Part shown: one piece after another, positions 18,701-24,640 of the stretch
How the letters are laid out: each line of letters opens with the position of its first letter
How positions within the stretch are numbered: the first letter of the stretch is position 1
Assembly (NCBI GenBank): GCA_035400585.1
Contig: DAOMZR010000002.1
Span: 79,364-143,363 of the forward strand
Reading direction: 5' to 3'
DNA: 64,000 bases
DNA from: a bacterium
GTDB taxonomy: Bacteria; Patescibacteriota; Patescibacteriia; Patescibacteriales; UBA12465
Notes under the pieces: generated by a model
Databases searched by the model: none
What the model saw: only the letters and a program-made list of their open reading frames with translations
Told to the model about the DNA's origin: nothing
Program-made: the position numbers and the translations under genes

Positions 18701-19128
18701 CCATTGCCAGATAACTTACCAGCACCATTTAAAGACACCCCAGAAGAATACTCGCTTTGACTATAAACACCAGAAGAAAAATCAGCTTCATTTTCATCCG
18801 TAAATCCATCCAAAATGTCATCACTAGAAAAACTACAATTAATGGAACAACTACTACTAGAATTTCCAATCATAAACCAAGAGTCATTTTTGCCAAAAAA
18901 ATCTGAATCTTGATTATCAATAAAATATTGTTGAGTAGCGTCCAAAATCGCCCTAGTGGCCATCATTCTTTTAGAATTTCTAGCTTCAGCCAACATCTTA
19001 GGAGGATTGATGGTTATAATAACAATTGTTGAAAGTATAACTAAAACTGAAACAGCCAATAAAAGCTCAATTAAAGAAAAACCAACTCTTTTTTTTCTAT
19101 TTATATAAAAATTTCTCAAATGAAACAT
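15778..19128 (-). CDS. type IV pilin-like protein with a LamG lectin domain interrupted by 14 beta-propeller-type repeats
   Basis: Prepilin motif RKKRVG|FSLIELLLAVSVLVIL. LamG halves lie at residues ~195-295 and ~890-965. There are 14 x 41-aa repeats. The C-terminus has a pilin-like Cys pair. Confidence 0.85.
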   Translation of the reverse strand: MFHLRNFYINRKKRVGFSLIELLLAVSVLVILSTIVIITINPPKMLAEARNSKRMMATRAILDATQQYFIDNQDSDFFGKNDSWFMIGNSSSSCSINCSFSSDDILDGFTDENEADFSSGVYSQSEYSSGVSLNGAGKLSGNGFYESDIKNSATDFFWENISFFPEGPYKKNLLNNCQSETSYTVGNINMSNNSLLLHLDESSNPVTDYSCQNNSVSSVGSLFFNNDGLLGKSLGFDGLNSYLKISNHSSLNPGSGLSLHSLVRSNISGKTQSIFSKGSYSLKIGPDNFPYFEMLSGLENINYVGRPGIGSQVNSTIVFDGSLYVAAATSGRVYRYQENNDWIDTGRLGTNTYIWSMVEYNGQLYAGTGTSGKVYRYEGDNNWVDIGRLGVATYVYSLAVYDGKLYAGTNDAGQVFRYDGDNNWVSLGQIATNTQVWSMVEFNGKLYAGTYSTGRVYRYDGGTTWTDVGRLGTGTYIYSLVVHDGNLYGGNRGNGRVYRYNGVNTWTDVGRLGIDTYVYSLISYNGSLYGCGGASGKVYRYDGGTIWTDVGRLGLATYVYSLVEYNGSLYGGTNYEGLVYKYNGTNSWTSLGHFGLGSQVNSLISYSGSLYAGTYGSGRVYRYGGSLGWQSTGRLGTNTYVNSLAIYNGQLYAGTGTSGKVYRYEGDNNWVDIGRLGVATYVYSLAVYDGKLYAGTNDAGQVFRYDGDNNWVSLGQIATNTQIRSMVDFGGKLYVGAYGTGRVYRYDGGTTWTDVGRLGTGTYVYSLAVYNGKMYGSGGSNGRVYRYDGGTTWVDVGRLGTATYTYSLISYNGSLYGSTNNLGQVFRYNGGTSWTGLGQLGSASITYSLAVHDGKIFAGTNNEGKIFSIGSGSSVYSNFNLNNGRFNQLVGVYDGSSIKIYVNGLEKASKSVSGSFGGGTNDLLIGSSYGSSSGGGSLSSDEYFDGFLDEVAVWNKPLSSTEINNIYKRSVTSLKYQVRSCSLSDCSDSLFVGPGNSDSSFYSQEVNNNSANALFNLDVSKNKYFQYKIYLSTEDSSLSPIVSKVEMGGGLAEDYTESNCLNLGSYLVPEYLPSIPSDPKTGDDDMTGYAIKKLSTGRISVKSCGSELNNLIEASK
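16495..18216 (-). repeat. coding tandem array: 14 x 123 bp (41 aa), organised as 2 x 861 bp
   Basis: Consensus GRLGxxTYVYSLxxYNGxLYAGTxxxGxVYRYDGxxxWxDV. Coordinates 16963-17190 are identical to 17824-18051. Confidence 0.9.
19009..19095 (-). other. prepilin-type N-terminal cleavage/methylation segment
   Basis: G|FSLIE plus a hydrophobic helix (class III signal). Confidence 0.8.
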
Positions 19129-19188
19129 AAAAGGACATATTAAATTAATATGCCCTTTTATTATACCAAATTTTTATAAATTAAAAAA

Positions 19189-20109
19189 TTACTTTTTTTT
19201 CTGCAAATAAGAAAAAATATCATAAGCAGCCACTGCTCCTTCACTACAGGCTGTAATAACCTGGCGAAAATAATTAGAGTTAGTGGTCAAATCTCCAGCC
19301 GCCCAAACCCCAGAAACGCTTGTTTTTTGAGCTTGATCAACTTTTAAAAATTTTTTCTCATTTTTATCAACCCCCAATTGATCTGATAAAAAATTATCAG
19401 GATCTGTTCCAATTTCTACAAATAAACCATCCAACTGCAAAGAAGAAATCTCCCCGTTTTTATCCAAATCAATTTCTGCTAACTTCGTTTCGCCTTTCAA
19501 TTCTTTTACTTGAGTTTTAAATAAAACTTCAATTTTTTCATTTTTATTAACTTGATCAATCCAAGAAATTTCACCATTAAACCCCTCCCCTCTAACCAAT
19601 AAATAAACTTTTTGAGCAACTTCGGCCAGATACAAAGCAGCTGTTAAGGCGCTATTGCCACCACCAACGACAGCTACAACCTTATCTTTAAAAAACATAG
19701 CGTCACAAGTAGCACAGTAGGCCAAACCTCTGCCTAAATATTTATGTTCATTTTCTACATTCAAGTTTTTATGTTTTGTTCCTGTGGCTAGTAAAATAGT
19801 TTTGGCTTGAAATATTTTTTTACTTTCAGTTTCAAGTTTAAAAATTTCTCCTTCTTTTTCGATCTTAGAAATTCTTTCCATCGATAATATTTCAGCTCCA
19901 AGATGTATGGCATTGTTTTGCATTTTTTGCATTAAATCAAAGCCATTGATATCCATTTCGGTCGGGAAATTGCAAATACTATGGGCTTCGGTAATAAGAC
20001 CACCGGGAATTTCTCCAATAACCAGGTGATTTAATTTATAACGAGAGGCATAAATAGAAGCCGTTATTCCAGCTGGTCCAGCTCCGATAATTATTAAATC
20101 ATAAACCAT
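19189..20109 (-). CDS. trxB: thioredoxin reductase
   Basis: IIIGAGPAGITASIYASR FAD motif, CATCD redox centre, and the GGGNSALTAALYL NADPH motif. Confidence 0.9.
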   Translation of the reverse strand: MVYDLIIIGAGPAGITASIYASRYKLNHLVIGEIPGGLITEAHSICNFPTEMDINGFDLMQKMQNNAIHLGAEILSMERISKIEKEGEIFKLETESKKIFQAKTILLATGTKHKNLNVENEHKYLGRGLAYCATCDAMFFKDKVVAVVGGGNSALTAALYLAEVAQKVYLLVRGEGFNGEISWIDQVNKNEKIEVLFKTQVKELKGETKLAEIDLDKNGEISSLQLDGLFVEIGTDPDNFLSDQLGVDKNEKKFLKVDQAQKTSVSGVWAAGDLTTNSNYFRQVITACSEGAVAAYDIFSYLQKKK

Positions 20110-20113
20110 AAGA

Positions 20114-21370
20114 TTATAAATTACCTCTTAGTTTTTCAGCCTTAATTATTCTCTCAAGAGCGATAATGTAAGCCGATTTCCTAAGATCAATTTTTTTATC
20201 TAATTCTAAGTGTTTGTTATAAACATTGTGCCAAGATTTTATCATTCTTTCATTTAACAGTCCAGCTAAATAATTTTGGTCTAAGATATTGCCAGTTCTA
20301 TTTTGACTCCATTCAAAATAACTAACTAAAACACCTCCGGCATTAGCTAAAATATCAGGAACCACTGTTATACCCTTGCCAAACAAAATCTTATCAGCTT
20401 CATAGTTTATTGGCCCATTAGCAATTTCAACTATTTGCTTAGCTTTAATTTTATCAGCATTTTTTTCAGTAATCTGATTTTCTAAAGCACTTAAAATTAA
20501 AATATCAACATCTAATTCTAATAATTCATCATTGGATATGGCTTTATAATTAGAAAAAGCAGATACAACGCCAAATTCTTCTTTAAACTTTATCAACTCA
20601 TTAACATCAATTCCTTCTTCATTATAAACTCCGCCACGACTGTCGTTAGCAGCTATCACTCTAAAGCCATCGGCATAAAGCATTTTAGCTACATTAAGTC
20701 CGGCATTGCCAAAACCCTGGATAGCCACAGTTAACCCTTTTTCTTTAAGACCTAAGGTTCTAACCATTTCTAATGTTACCAAATAAGCTCCCTTGGCGGT
20801 TGAATCACTTCTAAGAGCTATCCCGCCCAATTCTACTGGTTTGCCAGTAATCATTCCTGGTTCATGATGACCAACATTTTTTTCGTATTGATCAAGCATC
20901 CAAGACATGGTTTGAGGATTGGTATAAACATCGGGAGCAGGTATGTCTTTATCTTGTCCTAAAACTTTATAAAAAGCATCGATATATTTACGAGAAACTT
21001 TTTCTAAGAATTTAGCATCATGATCTTTGGGATTAAATTTAACACCGCCTTTAGCCCCACCATAAGGAAGATCTAATAATGAATTTTTTAAACTCATCCA
21101 AAAAGCTAAAGATTTAACTTCGTCTTCACTGACATCAGGATGAAATCTGACACCACCTTTTCCTGGACCTAAGGCACGATTAGAAATTATTCTCCAAGCA
21201 GGAAATTTTTGACCATCAACTTCTATTTCAGTGTGAGAAACTAATTTTGGTTCTAATAAATATTTAAGGTCTTCGTCTTGTAAATTTATTACATCTTTTA
21301 AATCATTAAACCTATTAACAATGTTGTCAAAAACAGACATAGTTTTAATAATTTCGGTCATTATAAACAA
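20114..21370 (-). CDS. gdh: Glu/Leu/Phe/Val-family dehydrogenase (glutamate dehydrogenase-like)
   Basis: GPGKGGVRFHPDVSEDEVKSLAFWMSLKNSLLDLPYGGAKGGV and GFGNAG NAD(P) motif. The start may be an internal Met a few codons in. Confidence 0.85.
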   Translation of the reverse strand: MFIMTEIIKTMSVFDNIVNRFNDLKDVINLQDEDLKYLLEPKLVSHTEIEVDGQKFPAWRIISNRALGPGKGGVRFHPDVSEDEVKSLAFWMSLKNSLLDLPYGGAKGGVKFNPKDHDAKFLEKVSRKYIDAFYKVLGQDKDIPAPDVYTNPQTMSWMLDQYEKNVGHHEPGMITGKPVELGGIALRSDSTAKGAYLVTLEMVRTLGLKEKGLTVAIQGFGNAGLNVAKMLYADGFRVIAANDSRGGVYNEEGIDVNELIKFKEEFGVVSAFSNYKAISNDELLELDVDILILSALENQITEKNADKIKAKQIVEIANGPINYEADKILFGKGITVVPDILANAGGVLVSYFEWSQNRTGNILDQNYLAGLLNERMIKSWHNVYNKHLELDKKIDLRKSAYIIALERIIKAEKLRGNL

Positions 21371-21396
21371 AATTAAAATGACAAAAATTTATGAAA

Positions 21397-21732
21397 TTAT
21401 TTATTTAAGTGAGCTTCTATATCGCCTTTTAAAGCATCTTTGGATCTCATGCCGATAAACTCAGCTAATACTTTGCCATCTTTAAATAATTTCATATTGG
21501 GAATACTTTGAATTTGATATTCAACAGCTAAATCTTGATTGGATGGATCTTCAGTATTAACCTTAGTGATTTTAACTTTTCCTTCTAAGTCAGCTGATAG
21601 CTCATCTAGAATCGGGGCCATCATTCTGCAAGGCATACACCATGGAGCCCAGAAGTCAACCAAAACTGGAATGTTTGATTCTAAAACTTCTTTAGAAAAT
21701 TCACCTTTATTTACGTCTAGAGCTTTGCTCAT
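21397..21732 (-). CDS. trxA: thioredoxin (active site WCMPC)
   Basis: VLVDFWAPWCMPCRMMAPILDEL; thioredoxin fold length (111 aa). Confidence 0.9.
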   Translation of the reverse strand: MSKALDVNKGEFSKEVLESNIPVLVDFWAPWCMPCRMMAPILDELSADLEGKVKITKVNTEDPSNQDLAVEYQIQSIPNMKLFKDGKVLAEFIGMRSKDALKGDIEAHLNK

Positions 21733-21802
21733 AAATTTGTTTAACCTTTTAAAATATCTTTAGATAATTTTTAAAAAGTTTTTATTTATTATTATTTTAA
21801 AA

Positions 21803-22045
21803 TTATTTTTTTATAAATTCAGAAACAATTTTTTTTAGATTATCTTTGCTGGCCGGACATTGTTTGTCAAAACAAACATCAAATTCTTCTTCTAAAATTT
21901 TATCCATTAAAGAAGAAACGCTTGATTTGACCGCTTTGAGCTGAACAACCGAATCAAAGCAAGTTTTGTTTTTTTCATTCAACATTTTTTTAATTCCCTC
22001 CAATTGTCCAATTATAATATTTATTCTTTGTTCGATATTTCTCAT
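21803..22045 (-). CDS. CsoR/RcnR/CstR-family (DUF156) metal- or thiol-sensing transcriptional repressor
   Basis: 80 aa. RINIIIGQLEGIKKMLNEKNKTCFDSVVQLKAVKSSVSSL matches the family helix pattern. Cys29 and Cys58 are spaced 29 residues apart. Confidence 0.75.
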   Translation of the reverse strand: MRNIEQRINIIIGQLEGIKKMLNEKNKTCFDSVVQLKAVKSSVSSLMDKILEEEFDVCFDKQCPASKDNLKKIVSEFIKK

Positions 22046-22082
22046 ATTTCTTAAAAAATTGCTAAAATTTATTTATAAATAT

Positions 22083-22112
22083 ATTATAGCAGATACCCCT
22101 GGGGGGTGTCAA
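22083..22112 (-). promoter_or_regulatory. sigma70-type promoter with a GC-rich palindromic operator in the spacer
   Basis: Minus strand reads TTGACA-CCCCCCAGGGGTATCTGC-TATAAT (18-nt spacer). The operator-like ATACCCCTGGGGGGTGT lies at 22093-22109, ~50 bp upstream of the CsoR-like start. Confidence 0.65.
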
Positions 22113-22279
22113 GAGGGCAAAATAAAGCTATTTTAAAAATTAATTAATTATTTTAATTTCGCTATCAAATTTATATAAATAACAACCATATTATTGTCAT
22201 TTTTAAATAAATAATATAAGATAAAGAATGCTTGGATAACTTATAATTCAAATAATTAAAATAAAAAAAAATTAAAAAT

Positions 22280-23341
22280 ATGCCACTATCTATCGGAATC
22301 GTTGGTTTGCCTAATGTTGGAAAATCAACCTTATTTAACATATTAACCAAAAAACAAGTAGAAGCCTCTAACTATCCTTTTTGTACTATTGACCCCAATG
22401 TGGGGGTGGTAAAAGTGCCCGATGAAAGATTAGATAAAATAGCTCAAATTTCTCAACCAGCTAAAATTATTCCTACCTTTATTGAATTTACTGATATTGC
22501 CGGACTAGTTAAGGGCGCTCACGAAGGCGAAGGCTTGGGCAATCAATTTTTATCACACATCAGAGAGTGTGATGCTATTTGTGAAGTGGTACGTGATTTT
22601 AAAGATCCTAATGTCATCCACGTTAACGGCGAAATAGATCCAATAGGAGATCAAGAAACAATTAATATGGAATTAATTTTTGCCGACTTAAAAACAGTTG
22701 AAAAGAGATTGGAAAAAGTAGCTAAAGAAATAAAAAGCGGAGATAAGGAAATTATTAAACAAAAAGAAATTTTAGAAAAAATAAAGGTATTATTGGATCA
22801 AGGAAGAGCCGTCAGAGAATTGGAAATGAAAGATGAAGAAAAAGTGTTTATAAAAAGTTTAAGCCTGCTAACTATAAAACCAATTATCTATGCACTTAAT
22901 TCTGACGATACCGAAAAGGAAGCCAATTTTAGTTGGGATGGAGAAGTTGTCAGAATTAACGTTAAGATGGAAGAAGAAATTGCTAAATTACCAGAAGAAG
23001 AACAAGCTGAATATATGAAAGAATTGGGAATAAATAAAAGTGGCTTAGATAAATTAATTTCGGCTTCTTACAAACTTTTAGGCTTAGAAACTTTTTTTAC
23101 TACCGGTAAGGACGAAACTAGGGCTTGGACTATTAAAAAAGGGTCTAAAGCTCCCCAGGCGGCAGCTGAAATCCATACTGATTTCGAAAAGGGATTTGTT
23201 AGAGCTGAAGTTATAAATTGGGAGAAATTTATTGAAACTGGCGGAGAAATAAAGGCCAAAGAATTAGGTTTAGTTAGAACCGAGGGAAAAGATTATATAG
23301 TACAAGACGGGGATATTTGCAACTTTTTGATCAATAAATAA
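22280..23341 (+). CDS. ychF: redox-regulated ATPase YchF (Obg-like)
   Basis: GIVGLPNVGKSTLFN P-loop, C-terminal TGS/YchF domain. Confidence 0.9.
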   Translation: MPLSIGIVGLPNVGKSTLFNILTKKQVEASNYPFCTIDPNVGVVKVPDERLDKIAQISQPAKIIPTFIEFTDIAGLVKGAHEGEGLGNQFLSHIRECDAICEVVRDFKDPNVIHVNGEIDPIGDQETINMELIFADLKTVEKRLEKVAKEIKSGDKEIIKQKEILEKIKVLLDQGRAVRELEMKDEEKVFIKSLSLLTIKPIIYALNSDDTEKEANFSWDGEVVRINVKMEEEIAKLPEEEQAEYMKELGINKSGLDKLISASYKLLGLETFFTTGKDETRAWTIKKGSKAPQAAAEIHTDFEKGFVRAEVINWEKFIETGGEIKAKELGLVRTEGKDYIVQDGDICNFLINK

Positions 23342-23413
23342 AATTGACAGCTTAACAAATAATCAATATAATTTAATTTTGTTATTAAGTTTGAGTACCT
23401 TAAAATTAAAAAA

Positions 23414-24040
23414 ATGATAAAAATAAGAAAAAAAGATCTGCATTGGGAGATAATTATTGTATTGATTATAATTTTCATCTTCTTGGGAATAATTATTTTT
23501 GGAAAAGAATTAATTCCAGAAATAAAACAAATAATCTTTTTTAAAAACGAACAAAGAGTCCTATTTAATTTACCAACAATTTACAATTTACCAATCTCAG
23601 TTTCCAGAATCTGGGACATTCTCTTTTTGTTTATTTTTTTTCTATTAATTAGAAAGAATTTAAATTACAGTAAAGAAAAAAACAAAAGAATGTTTCACAA
23701 GTATAGTATAAAAAGATGGTTAATTCTTTCAATTCTAATAGCTGTGGTTGTTTTTTGGACCATGTGGCTTATTGACGGACTAGTCAGTGGTTACTTGTTT
23801 TTTATATTAATAAGTTCTGTTGCTAGTATTATTTTTGGATACGAAATAGGTAGTTCTGAAAAATATCGTGAGCTAAATTTAAAAATAGGTTTAAAACTAG
23901 CCCTTACCATGGGATTAGCTGTTGGTTTGACAGTGGGAATTATGACTGGTTTTTTAATTGGTTTTTTAATAGCGATATTTAGTTTTTTTGTTTTATCAAT
24001 AATTTTTATATCATCTATTTTATTGGGATATAATTTATAA
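23414..24040 (+). CDS. hypothetical multi-pass membrane protein
   Basis: 208 aa with several hydrophobic helices. No family recognised. Confidence 0.45.
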   Translation: MIKIRKKDLHWEIIIVLIIIFIFLGIIIFGKELIPEIKQIIFFKNEQRVLFNLPTIYNLPISVSRIWDILFLFIFFLLIRKNLNYSKEKNKRMFHKYSIKRWLILSILIAVVVFWTMWLIDGLVSGYLFFILISSVASIIFGYEIGSSEKYRELNLKIGLKLALTMGLAVGLTVGIMTGFLIGFLIAIFSFFVLSIIFISSILLGYNL

Positions 24041-24045
24041 TAAAT

Positions 24046-24069
24046 GAGGGAAAAAATTCCCTCTTTTTT
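24046..24069 (+). terminator. rho-independent terminator
   Basis: GAGGG-AAAAAATT-CCCTC followed by TTTTTT. Confidence 0.7.
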
Positions 24070-24079
24070 ATTAAAAATA

Positions 24080-24107
24080 AAAAACACCTAATTTAAGGTG
24101 TTTTTTT
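24080..24107. terminator. bidirectional hairpin terminator adjacent to the tRNA-Glu 3' end
   Basis: ACACCT-AATTTA-AGGTGT with A-run and T-run flanks. Confidence 0.65.
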
Positions 24108-24108
24108 G

Positions 24109-24180
24109 TGACCCCTACGGGAATCGAACCCGTGTTATCAGGTTGAAAACCTGGTGTCCTAACCGTTAGACGAAGGGGCC
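24109..24180 (-). tRNA. tRNA-Glu (anticodon UUC)
   Basis: Minus strand reads GGCCCCT..CCAGG-TTTTCAA-CCTGA..ACGGGTTCGATTCCCGT-AGGGGTC-A. Confidence 0.85.
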
Positions 24181-24230
24181 AAAATCTCATAAATAAAAAC
24201 TACTTTTAGCTATAATCTAAAAGCAGTTTT

Positions 24231-24259
24231 ATTTTATATTTATTTTTATAAATTGTCAA
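24231..24259 (-). promoter_or_regulatory. sigma70-type promoter for tRNA-Glu
   Basis: Minus strand reads TTGACA-17 nt-TAAAAT, ~45 nt upstream of the mature tRNA 5' end. Confidence 0.6.
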
Positions 24260-24383
24260 TATAATTACATTTCAAATATAACTATTAATTAAAATATATT
24301 TTAATAAATGTCAAAACAAGCTTTAGTTAAAAATCACAAAAAAACCAATAAAAACAGATAAAAAGCGCATGTGGATAACACTA

Positions 24384-24412
24384 TTGACATTTTTTTTATT
24401 ATGTGATATAGT
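24384..24412 (+). promoter_or_regulatory. near-consensus sigma70 promoter with no CDS downstream
   Basis: TTGACA-17 nt-TATAGT. Confidence 0.6.
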
Positions 24413-24418
24413 ACCTGG

Positions 24419-24565
24419 TTGACGATTGATAAGATAAATTTCAAAAATCGGTTTAGGCGAGAAGGGCACGACAAGCATGGGACTTTCTTTTAGGGTTTCT
24501 AGGGCCAAGGCTCTAAAATTTCTAGAAGAGATTTTCTTGCCCGCCTCGCCTAAACCTATTTTTTT
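24419..24565 (+). ncRNA. candidate small structured RNA of unknown class
   Basis: The promoter above is followed by a 107-nt GC-enriched hairpin. GGTTTAGGCGAG (24450-24461) pairs perfectly with CTCGCCTAAACC (24545-24556), with further GGGC/GCCC, AAG/CTT and TTCTAG/CTAGAA stems. A T-run follows. Strand assignment is tentative. Confidence 0.5.
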
Positions 24566-24595
24566 CAAAAAGTATAAATATAGTATCACTTCAAT

Positions 24596-24626
24596 AAAAA
24601 AGAAACTCTTACGAGTTTCTTTTTTT
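24596..24626 (-). terminator. terminator after the VanW-like gene
   Basis: AGAAACTC-TTAC-GAGTTTCT with T/A runs on both sides. Confidence 0.7.
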
Positions 24627-24640
24627 ATATATAAAATAGT

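Noticed and set aside
19085-19100. A homopolymeric A/T run in the first codons of the pilin-like giant (RKKR codons), as a phase-variation switch.
   Set aside because: Runs of this length are ubiquitous in this AT-rich window, and there is no evidence of length heterogeneity. My hand count of a nearby A-run (the run spanning ~19077-19082, just downstream of the RKKR run) differed by 1 nt from the ORF track, so I defer to the track.
24450-24556. The hairpin RNA could be SRP (4.5S), 6S or RNase P RNA.
   Set aside because: There is no GNAR tetraloop with a flanking AGCA/GGA helix-8 motif. There is no closing stem joining the 5' and 3' ends with a central bubble. At ~110-150 nt it is far too short for RNase P, despite a GAAAGTCC-like string on the minus strand. 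It is left unclassified.
24323-24589. 88-aa minus-strand ORF in the tRNA-Glu / VanW intergenic region.
   Set aside because: It reads straight through the long GC-rich hairpin and the promoter elements, and resembles no protein family. It is better explained as a structured RNA locus.
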